DNA of 64,000 bases from Octopus sinensis (taxonomy: Eukaryota), in assembly GCF_006345805.1 (NCBI RefSeq), contig NC_043007.1, forward strand, positions 372,001 through 436,000. Reading direction: 5' to 3'. Made by a program: the position numbers and the translations under genes. Shown here piece after piece: positions 23,190-35,451 of this stretch. Below the pieces are notes generated by a model. That model did no database searches, was not told the origin of the DNA, and worked only from the letters and a program-made list of their open reading frames with translations. Each line of letters opens with the position of its first letter. Position 1 is the stretch's first letter.

Positions 23190-23385
23190 CTCTTACTCTT
23201 TTACTTGTTTCAGCATTTGACTGTGACCATGCTGGAGCACCACTTTTAGTAGAGAAAATCGACCAAGGACTTATTCTTTGTAAGCTTAGTACTTATTCTA
23301 TCGGTCTCTTTTGCCGAACCGCTAAGTGACGGGGGCATAAACACACCACCATCGGTTGTGAAGCGATGTTGGGGGTGACCACACA
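23190..23385 (-). mobile_element. SINE family S3, 3' tail half
   Basis: TTACTTGTTTCAGCATTTGACTGTGACCATGCTGGAGCACC...CTTATTCTATCGGTCTCTTTTGCCGAACCGCTAAG. Confidence 0.75.
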
Positions 23386-23455
23386 CACACACACACACAT
23401 ATATATATGTATATATATATATAATAAAAATAAGCAACAAGGATACCCAAGGTAG

Positions 23456-23539
23456 TGCAGTACAATCGTTTCATGCTACTTCATTTAATTAAAAAATGTA
23501 TTACATCAGTTTTAAAATGTAGAGCACTCTTCAGCCACA
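23456..23539 (-). ncRNA. Type I hammerhead ribozyme, element F left arm
   Basis: Minus strand reads UGUGG-CUGAAGA-GUGCU-[long loop]-AGCAU-GAAA-C-GAUU-G-UA-CUGCA. Stem I has two G-U wobbles. Predicted cut between 23461 and 23460. Confidence 0.7.
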
Positions 23540-23659
23540 TATGGAATTTTTAAAATTAAATTAACAATGTTCATTATTATACTTATTCCATAAGTATAAT
23601 AAGTGTAATTCCATAAGTATATTAATGAACATTGTTAATTTAATTTAAAAGATTTCATA

Positions 23660-23745
23660 TGTGGCTGAAGAGTGCTCTACATTTTAAAACTGCTGTAATA
23701 CTTGCATCGTTTAATTAAACGAAGTAGCATGAACGATTGTACTAC
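23660..23745 (+). ncRNA. Hammerhead ribozyme, element F right arm (GAAA reduced to GAA)
   Basis: CUGAAGA 23665-71, GUGCU/AGCAU stem II, GAA 23731-33, CGAUUG-UA-CUAC. One core A is missing (mutation or sequencing error). Confidence 0.55.
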
Positions 23746-23940
23746 TCTACCTTGGATATACTTGTTGCTTATTTTGATTATAATCACCCCATTTGATTTA
23801 TATGGATAATACCATACCAAATTCTGGTGCCTTTAACTTAAGTACCATATTCATCTGAATCTAAATTATTGCTGTGTGTGTATGTGTGTGTGTGTATGTA
23901 TATGTATGAGTGTGTATTTATATTTATATGCATATGCATA

Positions 23941-24007
<67 letters not shown>

Positions 24008-25019
24008 TATATGCGTATATATATGCGCATATATAATAAGTATTTATATACACACAGACACATACATAAATGTGTGTGTGCGCGTGGATGTTGGTGTTAG
24101 TTTGTATGCGCGTATAACGATGGTACATTGGTGAAATAAATACCGGTAAGAGAAACCAACAAAGCGGTACATATACAGAAAAGACAGCCTTGTTTCAGCC
24201 GTACTTTACGCGCATACACATACACACATACATAAACTGATGCACACGCACGTTCCTTGTCGATCTGGGCATTGTAAATGCAATGCTGAGACGCTGACTA
24301 GTTCATTAGAAGCTTGTTTACCACCGCCGACGCTATTGTTCACAAAATGCAATATCAAACAAGTATAAAAACGAATGTAAATAAACCTCAGCTAACATTT
24401 CATTCTGACTTCCTCAACATTTGATTTGAAATCCCGCGAGCACCGACTTCACCGTTTATTGCCCTGGCGTCAATAAAATAATTAACGCATATGTATTGGG
24501 AATGAAAGGTCTCTGATTCAACAATCTATGAGATGGCCCCCCTGCATTTTCAAGTGAAACAGAGAATTTGTGCTAATGGCAAAAATCGATATTTCCTAAT
24601 TCTTTATTTCTAGCTAATAATTTTCTCGAAACTCCTGTGTAAAAGATTTCTTCCAGTTTGGTCGGATTACGCTTTGATTAAAATTGTTAAAAAGGTGTTT
24701 CAGAACTCTTGTTTATTCATAAATTAATAGCTTCTGTCAAACAAATTTCTCTTTTCTTTTTTTTTTCCCCTCCATTTGATCTGAGGTTTGTTGACATTAT
24801 TTTTGTGTGTTTTTTTTAAACCTCGTAAATCTACTGGCGTCTCAAGGAAAAAAAAAATATTGTTTGAAAATATCTACATGGATATATACACGTCGCAAAC
24901 TAACCACATCTCATCCAAATTTTCTCTCTCATTCGATTATTTTCTCCATTTCTTCCTCTCTCTCTTCTCCTTCTCTGTCTCTCTTTCTCTCTGTCTCTCT
25001 TTCTCTCTCTCTCTCTCTC

Positions 25020-25058
<39 letters not shown>

Positions 25059-25237
25059 TCCTACCTCCTGTCTTTTGTTTCTGTCTCTACAAAACTAGGA
25101 AAACATACGTATCTGTGTATGGGTATTCATGCATGTATATGTCTTTGAGAAGGTTATTTTAAGCATAGGTCTGTAAACACGCACGTATGTATACATACAT
25201 ATGTACATGTGTATGTATATATATATATATATATTAT

Positions 25238-25284
<47 letters not shown>

Positions 25285-25535
25285 TGTATGTATATATATG
25301 TATAAATATATGTATAAATATATATATGTATAAATATATATATATACACATATATATACACACACATATATATATACACACACACACACATATATATATA
25401 TACATATATATTATATATATATCTATCACACATATATATACACATAAATATATGTATATATCTATCTATATATGTATACATATATATATATGTATATATA
25501 TATATTTATGTATATATGTACGTATATGTATATAA

Positions 25536-25595
<60 letters not shown>

Positions 25596-26840
25596 ACGTA
25601 CATGTATATTTATATTTTATATATATATGTATACATACTCACATACATGTGTGTGTGTATATATATATATATGTGTGTGTGATAGGAAGAGAAGAGAAGA
25701 AAGAAAGATAGATAGATAGGTAGGTAGATGAATAGATAGAGAGAGCGAGAGAGAGAGAGTGAGAGAGAGCAAGATAGATAAATAGATAGCTAGATGGCGC
25801 GCGCACACATACATCGTGCATATGTATGAGCATCTTCCACTGTGCACCTGAAATATCTCTATGGATGTGATCGACTGATTTCGCGACACGTACACACACA
25901 CACACCATCACACACACACACGTATGTGAATATATATATTTATGCATATGTGTATATTTATATATATATATATATATATATTATATATTATATCTATATA
26001 TATATATATATAATATATATTATATATATATATATATATACATATATGCATGTAACATAATGTTTGTTCGAAGACATCGCCATATTTGTTCTATTTCTCG
26101 CAAAATACGTTATCTGATCGTTTCTCTGGCGCCATAATATTCTTTTTCGCAAGATAATTTATACGTGACATGGTATTCATTTATACGTTTGATTGTTTCA
26201 TTTACTGCTGCATGTATGTGTTGTTGCTATTGTCGATTTTTGCTGTTGTCGGTTGTTGATGGTTTGTTATCGACAGATATTGTTGTTTTTTTCCTATGTG
26301 TTATATAGTTAACGTTTCACTTTATCTTATTTTCTACGCGTTGTTTTTTTCCCCATCTTAACGCACATATATACATGCTGACAATATAAAAATCTAGTCT
26401 TATGACATTTCTTTGTCAGTTACAACAACAGCAATAGTAACAAAGAAACACACACACGTAAAATAAACAGATCTAAGATATTATTACATTCAGTATAAGA
26501 TAACAAATACCGGGTGTTTGTAAGAAATATCTAAATTCTGAGACGGAAATTAGAACAACCAAATCACAACAAAGAACAAAATGATACCAAACTGTCCATA
26601 GCTTATTCAGACAGTTCTCAAATTTGGACACAATATTTAATTTCAAAATTTTGGCATAGGCTATAAAGTTCAAAGGGAGGGCGTAAGACAAATACATCGA
26701 CACCAGTGTTCGACTGGTACTTATTTTATCGGCCCCAGAAGTATGAAAGGCAATGTCAACTTGGACGGAATTTAAACTCAGCTGGAAAAGACGGATGCAA
26801 TACCGCTCAACAGTTTGTTCGCACTACTAACGTTTCTTAA

Positions 26841-27254
26841 TTCTTTATTGCCCACAACGGACTAAACATAGAGGTAGCAAACAAGGAGCGACAAAGAGAT
26901 TAAGTCGATTACATTGACCCCAGTGCGTAACTGGTACTTCATTTATCGACCCCGAAAGGATGAAAGGCAAAGTCGACCTCGGCAGAATTTGAACTCAGAA
27001 CGTAACGATAGACGAAATACCTATTTCTTTACTGCCCACAAGGGACTACACACAGAGGGGACAAACAAGGACAGACAAACAGATTAAGTCGATTATATCG
27101 ACCCCAGATCGTAACTGGTACTTAAGTTATTGACTCCGAAAGAATGAAAAGCAAATTCAACCTCGGCAGAATTAGAACTCAGAAGGTAACGGTAGACGAA
27201 ATACCGCTAAGCATTTCGCCCGGCGTGCTAACGCTTCTGCCAGCTCGCCGCCTT
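26841..27254 (-). mobile_element. SINE family S2, head plus two tandem core-tail units
   Basis: Two copies of the central motif and tail are joined at GACGAAATACCTATTTCTTTAC (~27011-27032). Confidence 0.85.
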
Positions 27255-28029
27255 AAATTCGGACACAATATTACCCATATAGTGTGTGAGGGCCTTATTA
27301 TCCGCCAACGTTTCCCACTAAGTGATGTGTAGCTTGAGCGTGCTCGATCTGGAACAGACTTTGCGTTTGCTTTTCTCTGCCGGCCCCACCAAGCCTATAC
27401 GGGTTTATACAGCAGAACCAAAAGTGCCACTCCGAGAAATATGATGCTCGAGAGTAGACCGATCCCTTACCACCCTCACCTTCTATTCTGTACATCGTAC
27501 TGGACTTCCCAGTATTTTGTGCTCTGTTGACAGGAGATAGTTCTACGTGGGGATCAATTGACAGCACAGCTCCTTTAGATAGCCTCTGAATTCGGATGCA
27601 ATAGTGCCTGTACAGCTGTTAGTGACCCCTTCTTCATCTAGCGTTCGTACTTTATTCTGTAGGTCGTATGGATATAGATTTGTGTGTTTTCTTGAGAGGA
27701 GATAGTCTTAGGCGAGGATCATTTGACAGCCCGGTCTATCTGAAAGTACTCTAAATTTGGACGTGATAGTCTGCGCCAAGCTTCTTCTGACCAACACATC
27801 GGCTACGGCGTCCCTCACTCCCATACTGAAGCGTCAGACAGAAGGCAGCATCGGGGTTGCAGACAACTGTTTGGCGATTATTAAGCGGCTCAGTTCCTCT
27901 CCCTTTCAGCTGAAGAAGACTTCGGGTACCAAATTATTTTATTTGCTAAAAAAACAGTCTGAAACCAGGGTTCAGGAGTTAGATGGTAAATGTTTTAAAT
28001 TTTCATTCCCTTCGAAGTTTTATCCCTAA

Positions 28030-28346
28030 TAGTGATTTGGGATTTAACTGTTCTTTCTTACCATTCTGCTGTCTTTGACAATACTACTCTTCTGTCTTTG
28101 AAAACATCTTTCTTCACCCTTTTCCTTCCGGTCTTTCAAAATGTGATCTCGTGTGTACCGTTGGCGATTTTTTTCCCTCTGTCTTCCCTTCTCTGGATCT
28201 TTCCTTATCCTATATTTCCGACGAAGAGCTCGTCTCGAAACGTTAAACCCTCCTTCTTTCCTTCTTCCCTGAGCGTCCAATAATACTATATTTGTTCCAC
28301 GTCCTCGCGTTGTTGTGTTTTTTTGTGCTTTCTTGTTTGGATTAAC

Positions 28347-28348
<2 letters not shown>
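28030..28348 (+). mobile_element. Penelope-like tail fragment, family A (copy 1)
   Basis: Shares ~200 bp with 39066-39266 and contains a hammerhead-like motif. Penelope assignment is inferred from that motif. Confidence 0.55.
28214..28248 (+). ncRNA. Minimal hammerhead motif, family A copy 1 (CCGACGA core)
   Basis: AUUU-CCGACGA-A-GAG-CUCGU-CUC-GAAA-CG-UU-AAAC. Confidence 0.5.
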
Positions 28349-28411
<63 letters not shown>

Positions 28412-28557
28412 GACGGATTTCTTTCCGTGTACCAAGTCCACTCACAAGGCTTTTGTCAATACGAGGCTACAGTAGCTCAACGTGCCATGCAGTGGGACTG
28501 AACCCTGAACCATGTGGCTTGTAAGCAAGCTACATACCACACACCCACTCTTGGGCC

Positions 28558-28588
<31 letters not shown>

Positions 28589-28659
28589 CGAATACTGATC
28601 AAAGATTATCAGGACAGTTGCCATAGTAAAGAAGCTAAAACACGCACAGTGAAACCGCT

Positions 28660-29100
28660 AGATAAAGATTGACCTTGACCTCTATTGTGTACGCGCGCTA
28701 AATTTTAACGTTTTAGCTAACTTCCGCTGTTTACATCGGTGCTTGAAAGGAAAGTGTGTAACCTGTGATCACCACCTTGACCATGACAGAGAAAGTTGCC
28801 ATAGCAACACCTGCTCAGAGGCCTACTGCACAGTTGCAGAAAGTGTATGGAGAGAAGCGTATGAGCAGCACAAAAGTGTACGAGTGTTTCAGATGTCCGA
28901 AAAAATGCTGGTATTGGCGAAAGTTCTGGGAGACCCGCAACCGGCAGAACTGATAAAAACATCGCAGATTTGCGTGCAGCTGTGAGGGGAAATCGTCGAA
29001 TCACCATCCGTGAGTTATCAGAGGACGTGCAGATTAGTTACGGTCCAGTTCAGTCGATTATCACTGAAGATTTGGGTTTAAGACTCGTGTTTGCGGATGT
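28660..29100 (+). mobile_element. Mariner transposase N-terminal remnant (frameshifted)
   Basis: Fragments QLQKVYGEKRMSSTKVYE, SGRPATGRTDKNIADL, NRRITIRELSEDVQISYGPVQSIITEDLG resemble the two mariner HTH domains. Confidence 0.75.
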
Positions 29101-29456
29101 GAGCTAGAAGGTTAAAACTTAGTCCGCATATTGAAGGTCAATCTGTACTAACCGGTTTCACTCTGCTGGTTATAGCTTCGTTACTATGGCAACCGTCCAG
29201 ATACTTATTGATCAGAACACGCATGTATATGCGTGTGTTTGTATATATATATATATATATATATATACATACGTACATTTATACATATATATATGTATTT
29301 ATCTATATATGTATATACATATATACATACGTACATTTATACATATATATATGTATGTATCTATATATATATATATACATATATATTTACATATATATAT
29401 ATACATATATATTTACATATATATATATATACATATATTTTACATATATATAAACA

Positions 29457-29488
<32 letters not shown>

Positions 29489-29489
29489 C

Positions 29490-29542
<53 letters not shown>

Positions 29543-30698
29543 CATACCCCCCACACACACGCACACACACATATATATACATACATACACACACACACAC
29601 ACATATATATATGATCGGCCCGGAGTCACAGCACTTGCTCAACGTGCCACACAAACTGACTGAACCGGCAGCCATGGGGTTACGAAGCGAACTTCTTAAG
29701 CACACAGCTATGTCAACAACACCTATACAATCCAAAGCCGTGCTGGCTTATTCAGACGATAAACATCTCGGCTCTGAATGACATTTGATCATAGGTCTGT
29801 TGAATCAAGAATGGCCTGGAGCAGAACAACAATAACAACGAAAGCAACAGCATTAACGACAGCTATTTGAATTATTTGCATTATATCTTCATTGATTGAC
29901 TGTTGCCTGTTTTGTTGAAGAAACCGCACAATAGCTTGGTATCTTAGTGCCAGTTTGCAGATTGAAGTACCCACCGATTGTCCGAGACATTGATGCTAGC
30001 TCTTCAAATGTCAACACTTATGTTAACTGTAAACAGCTTCCATGCAGATAATGCGTAAACGATCAAAACAGCATGTGTGAGTGTATAATTTACGATTACT
30101 TCGTCAAATTGAAGTGCTTCAATATCTCTTATACGCATTATTTGAAGGTGGCATATTTCAGCTGTTAGCTTAACGTTCTTAATAAGATGATTTTTTAATT
30201 AACAGCTACTGATCACACGTATAACTAGATTCCTGTTTGCTCTGACGTAGTAATTGCATTCTCACTTTGAGTTGAGAGCCGTTGAAAAGAACACAGCGCC
30301 AAACCAATGATTGCATTACTACTGGTATTCTAACCTCAATTAACATTTTTAATCATCTTTATGTGACATGTCATATTGTAGCTGTCATAAGAACAATAAC
30401 ATTTATGTTTACAAGGAAAAATACCACTTCAGATCCGTCGCCATCGCATTCGGAGCATATGTGTAAATCAATAAATATAAAGAAATATAAAGAAATATAT
30501 TTATCCATGTCTTTTTCTACGCGCGCGTATGTGTGTTTACATACAGGCGCCCTCAAATGAATGCTTTTCTTTAAATTTCTCAAATAAAGAATCTGACACT
30601 ATTGAAGTATCAGTGTTCGCTCACTGAAATTTAAATAATGCCTTTGTGTAGTTAAAAGCAACATTTTTACACTTTCTCGTAATTTTTTTCCATTAATA

Positions 30699-31003
30699 CA
30701 GGGTGTCCCAAAAGTCACTGATGGGTTTCAATTTTTAATAACTGCCTAAACTTTACACAAAAAAAAACGCATGATATTTTGAATCAATATAAAGGACATA
30801 ATGGAAATTAATATGCCCAACTCAAATTTTAAAATACCACCACATCACATATGAAAAATGACATCGCTTAAATGGCAGCCATTTTGGACTTTGCAGACCC
30901 GTGCTCTTTCCAAAACTTGCACCATGACACCCTCAAGAGTTTCAGATCCCATTTCTCTGATTTCTCTATTGATGTTTTCCTTCAGTTTATACCAGAGTCT
31001 TCC
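30699..31003 (-). mobile_element. 3' end of a Tc1/mariner (maT-like) element
   Basis: TA at 30697-98 then TIR CAGGGTGTCCCAAAAGT. Minus strand encodes KLKENINREIREMGSETLEGVMVQVLERARVCKVQNGCHLSDVIFHM*. Confidence 0.75.
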
Positions 31004-31004
31004 G

Positions 31005-31407
31005 CTTGTTAGCACGCCGGGCGAAATGCATAGCGGTATTTCGCCTGTCGCTAAGTTCTGAGTTCAAATTCCACCAAGGTCGACTTTGCCGTTCATCCTT
31101 TCGGGGTTGACAAATTAAGTACCAGTTACGCACTGGGATCGATGTAATCGACTTAATCCGTTTGTCTGTCCTTGTTTGTCCGTTCTGTGTTTAGCCCCTT
31201 GTGGGTAGTAAAGAAATAGGTATTTCGTCTGCCGCTATGTTCTGAGTTCAAATTCCGCCGAGGTCGACTTTGCCTTTCATCCTTTCGGGGTCGACAAATT
31301 AAGTACCAGTTACGCACTGGGATCGATGTAATCGACTTAATCCGTTTGTCTGTCCTTGTTTGTCCGTTCTGTGTTTAGCCCCTTGTGGGTAGTAAAGAAA
31401 TAGGTAC
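31005..31407 (+). mobile_element. SINE family S2, head plus two tandem 184-bp core-tail units
   Basis: GTATTTCG at 31036 and 31220. The two units are nearly identical. Confidence 0.9.
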
Positions 31408-31699
31408 ATAGGAAGCGGCGGTTTTTAGAATGAAGTGGTATATTGTAAGAGGTGGGATGGTATGAAGAGGACCATGTGAAGAATAAAAAAAAACTGCATA
31501 TGGAGTAAGTAAATTAGTAGCATTTATCTAGCCTTGCCAACGAGAGGAACTTTATGTGAAGGATAGGCTCAGTGATTTAGGTTAACGTTTGTTTGGTAGC
31601 CACTAGTTGTTTGGTATAGGGAACAATACAACCTGTGTGGGAAAGAAATGGTTAAGTAGAGGAAGTGATCGGGTATGAAGGTCGAAATGTAACGTAAAT

Positions 31700-31905
31700 A
31701 TATTGTTATAATTCAGCTGAGTACGAAGGGAGAGTTTACGAAAAACACAAAAGACGAAGACAAGTCGTGTATAAAACAAACAAATGTATTAGTATAACGC
31801 TCAGGAATAGAAAAAGTCTTTTACGTTTCGAGCCTACGTTCTTCCACAGAAAGGGACACAGAAAAAACAAAGAGAGAAGCAAGGTGAGAAAAAAATGTTT
31901 GTAGT
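31700..31905 (-). mobile_element. Penelope-like tail fragment, family B (copy 1)
   Basis: Matches 32732-32905 and 58528-58696 and carries a hammerhead-like motif at 31818-31853. Confidence 0.55.
31818..31853 (-). ncRNA. Minimal hammerhead-like motif, family B copy 1 (CUGUGGA core)
   Basis: Minus strand reads CUUU-CUGUGGA-A-GAAC-GUAG-GCUC-GAAA-CG-UA-AAAG. Confidence 0.45.
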
Positions 31906-32334
31906 GGCTAACGAAGATACATAAGGAGAATTGTGAGTAAGTTTATGATATATGCTTTTGGTGAATGTATTTATTATAACAATATAGAATTAATATTTAA
32001 AATTTAATTTCAATAAAATGTATGAATGTGATGAAATATGGGTACAGGTGTAGCATAGGAGTAAAGAGCAGGTGTTAAAGTTTGTACATTAGCTGAGAAT
32101 ATCTATAAGCGATTGCTAAGACGTATGTGTTTGTTAGAATAGAAAAGTATATTTAATTATATCGTTGTATTGGAATTCCGAACAGAATGTAGAGTGACAG
32201 AAAGAATAAACGGTGGCTTTAGAGTAGGAGATAAAAGGATTTCAGTAAAATATGCAGACTGGTTATCATAGTACGAGTGAGATGCCAAGGAACTGCCTGT
32301 CCATCTTGTGTAGTAAATATTGGTACCGCCTTTA

Positions 32335-32665
32335 ATCGAGCAACTCGACCCTGAGACTTATTCTTTTGTAAGCCCAGTACTTATTCTATCGATCTCTTTT
32401 GCCGAACCGCTAAGTAACGGGGACATAAACACACCAGCATCGGTTGTCAAGCAATGCTAGGGGGACAAACACAGACACACAAACACACACGCATATATAC
32501 ACATATACGACAGGCTTCTTTCAGTTTCCGTCTACCAAATCCACTCACAAGGCTTTGGTCGGCCCGAGGCTATAGTAGAAGACACTTGCCCAAGGTGCCA
32601 CACAGTGGGACTGAACCCGGAACCATGTGGTTGGTAAACAAGCTACTTACCACACAGCCACTCCT
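32335..32665 (-). mobile_element. SINE family S3, near full length
   Basis: Head reverse complement ends CACACAGCCACTCCT at ~32665. CORE-like centre, CA tract and tail are present. Confidence 0.9.
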
Positions 32666-32836
32666 ATATATATATAACCATTATGAAGATTCCTCAACTG
32701 ATTTATATTGATCTCCCTTTTGGTCTATTGTTATAATTCAGCTGAGTACGGAGGGAGAGTTTACGAAAAAAACAAAAGGCAGGTGGTGTACAAAACAAAC
32801 AAATGTATTAGTATAACGCTCAAGAATAGAAAAAGT

Positions 32837-32872
32837 CTTTTACGTTTCGAGCCTACGTTCTTCTACAGAAAG
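32837..32872 (-). ncRNA. Minimal hammerhead-like motif, family B copy 2 (CUGUAGA core)
   Basis: Minus strand reads CUUU-CUGUAGA-A-GAAC-GUAG-GCUC-GAAA-CG-UA-AAAG, within family B fragment 32732-32905. Confidence 0.5.
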
Positions 32873-32906
32873 GGACACAGAAAAAACAAGGAGAGAAACA
32901 AGGAGA

Positions 32907-32968
<62 letters not shown>

Positions 32969-33519
32969 GAGAGAGAGAAGTCGAGAAATTGTTTCTATAT
33001 GAGAGAAGGAGAGAGAGAGAGAGAGAGAGAGAGACAAGGAGAGAGAGGGAAAAGAGAGAGAAGAGGGTCCTTCTTCCTGCGGCTTCGAGTATAACTACAT
33101 GGTATCTTTTCTTGCTGAGTATTCGTCCACAAGATTCGAATAAATAATAAGCATGAGAAATTGGATTCTTAAGTTATATTTTACGAGATATTAATTACAA
33201 TGCGCTGTAGTTAACCCTTACGTTTTAATTTTAGCCTTATATTCAGATGACTAGGGAATTATAAGTGTGCCGCTAATGAACCTTTTCTAATTGCAGCCTA
33301 GCTCGACGGTTAATAATGGCCAAGACAAAACAGATGCATTTGAGAGGCAAATTAAAGAATTATCAGTTAAAGATGAAAAGCAAATGTTAATTAATGCAGA
33401 TTCAAGAGCAGAGAGAAAGATGCACATCATGGGACAAGTTCATATGCACTTAGTTGTAACAGGATTGTTCATAAACAGAAGAAACAAAAAAAAATCGAAA
33501 CAGATATTCTTTTTATAAA

Positions 33520-33522
33520 TTA

Positions 33523-33566
<44 letters not shown>

Positions 33567-33594
33567 CAAAAATAATAACAATAATAATAATGAT

Positions 33595-33626
<32 letters not shown>

Positions 33627-33662
33627 GAACAATAATAATAACAATGATAATAATAATATTAA

Positions 33663-33712
<50 letters not shown>

Positions 33713-33747
33713 ATTATAATTATAATAATAATAACAATAATAATAAC

Positions 33748-33820
<73 letters not shown>

Positions 33821-33840
33821 TTAATAATAGTAATAGTAAT
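33520..33840. repeat. (AAT)n/(AGT)n compound microsatellite
   Basis: Directly visible. Confidence 0.95.
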
Positions 33841-34153
33841 TCTTTTTTGTATATGCTGATGCAAGTCAATAAAAGTGAAAAGCATACAACTGCGTCCAAT
33901 TCATTGATTTACTTTTTTATTTGTATCGATTTTCGAGCGCAGTTTTCGTAAAGTATTTGGGAAAATTATAAAAATTTAATGTTTTTCAAAGACTAGTGAT
34001 GAATCTGCAATTTTATAACTATGTGTATGGATTCAAATAAGATACACTAAGACTGGAAGGCTGTAGCGCGTTTCGGGTACAGGTTACCCGCACTGAACGT
34101 GGGTTTATGCATATATGTTTGTTTATATATATGTGTATATATATATATATGTG

Positions 34154-34190
<37 letters not shown>

Positions 34191-34272
34191 ACGGAGTAAG
34201 CACAAAAATGTGAAGAAGCTGGAAATGCCAGAGGTAGAGAAATATGCTTTATTCAAAAGCAGCAGAAATATA

Positions 34273-34320
34273 ACAAAGCTGTTACTCAGTTTCCCGTTCC
34301 CCTTCGTCGGTCAGTTTTGT
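34273..34320 (-). ncRNA. Hammerhead motif, family E copy 1 (CCGACGA core, weak stem II)
   Basis: Minus strand reads ACAAAACUGA-CCGACGA-AGG-GGAA-CGG-GAAA-CUGAG-UA-ACAGCUUUGU. Stem I pairs at 8/10. Lies in element ~34190-34325, the reverse complement of ~38485-38640. Confidence 0.5.
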
Positions 34321-34763
34321 TTAACAAAACTGTCCTTCTGAAAATGAAGGAAAACTTTCGCTTTTATAGTTTGGAAATGAATCTATGTGAAGCGAGTTCT
34401 TTTGTATAATTCTTTTTTCTGCCTGACATAGCCTGTCCCCATTATATCTATAGAAATGATATGCACTGCACTAAAGAATTCTTTAAAACCGGATACCTAA
34501 GTATACCGTAATACCGTAAAAGCGAGTGTCTCCCATCTTGTCCACATGACAGAAAATATATGACTGAATACTAGTGGATTGCACTATTATTCAAAACATT
34601 AGAACTCTCACCCACAGCACTTCTCAGCGCCACAGTCTGATGATTTAGCACAGTGTTTGAATTTCTTTTCATGCATAGAGCCATGCACATACATACACAC
34701 GTACATATCCACATATGATTTTAGATTTTAACATTGGCACCTTCCATTTTTCCCCCTTCTCCC

Positions 34764-34811
34764 GCATGGACGTATGCGGTTGAAGTATACTTCAACCACA
34801 TACGTCCATGC
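34764..34811. repeat. 48-bp near-perfect palindrome without spacer
   Basis: GCATGGACGTATGCGGTTGAAGTA|TACTTCAACCACATACGTCCATGC, 23/24 pairs. Confidence 0.9.
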
Positions 34812-35216
34812 CGAAGGCAAAAGTCGCTCTGTAACGCCTTACATCACTGTTTTAGACGCCTGAAAAATGAATGTGCGATCGACGAGTGAGGCATTTCTGT
34901 GAATAGGAGCAAGCGTGTTTATATTCGCTGAACATTAGTAATGCAGTCAAGGTAACTGACGTAGTCGGGACTGCTGCAAACTAATCTAAATTTGGCAGAT
35001 TGTTACGCTGCAAAGAAAGCAATTTACCATTGGATCGTAATCATCAACATGGGGAGCTTTCTCTCGTAAATAGTTGTCGCCGATTTTCCTGAATTGCCTG
35101 TGACAACCCATTCTCCAGTCCTTCTGTTGACAGATAACGCTTTCTTATTTATTGTCAGTAACCTCTCGAGCAAAGTCTACTGTTATGCCATCCTCTGGTA
35201 TATGGTGGTATATAAA

Positions 35217-35451
35217 AGGCGGCGAGCTGGCAGAAACGTTAGCACGCCGAGCGAAATGCACAATAGTATTTCGTCTGTCGCTACGTTCTGAGTTCAAATT
35301 CCGGCGAGATCGGCTTTGTGTTTCAGCCTTTCGGGGTCAATTAAATAAGTACCAGTTACGCACTGGAGTCGATATAATCGATTTAATCCGTTTGTCTGTC
35401 CTTGTTTGTCCCTTCTGTGTTTAGCCTCTTGTGGGTAATAAAGAAATAGGT
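35217..35451 (+). mobile_element. SINE family S2, full length
   Basis: Head, B-box, central motif and tail AATAAAGAAATAGGTA. Confidence 0.85.

Larger units (their letters stand above)
23420..23782. mobile_element. Fold-back element F (~167-bp inverted arms, 26-bp spacer), Penelope-like tail with a hammerhead in each arm
   Basis: 23420-23586 is the approximate reverse complement of 23613-23782. Spacer is TCCATAAGTATAATAAGTGTAATTCC. Confidence 0.85.

Noticed and set aside
29789-29974. 61-aa minus-strand ORF with a hydrophobic C-terminal stretch
   Set aside because: GTG start just after a stop, weak acceptor, hydrophobicity partly from GTT repeats, and no homology recognised.
34065-34110. GGGUA-ACCUG-UACCC-GAAA-CGCG hairpin on the minus strand
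   Set aside because: Stem II and GAAA are present, but no CUGANGA-like core precedes it.
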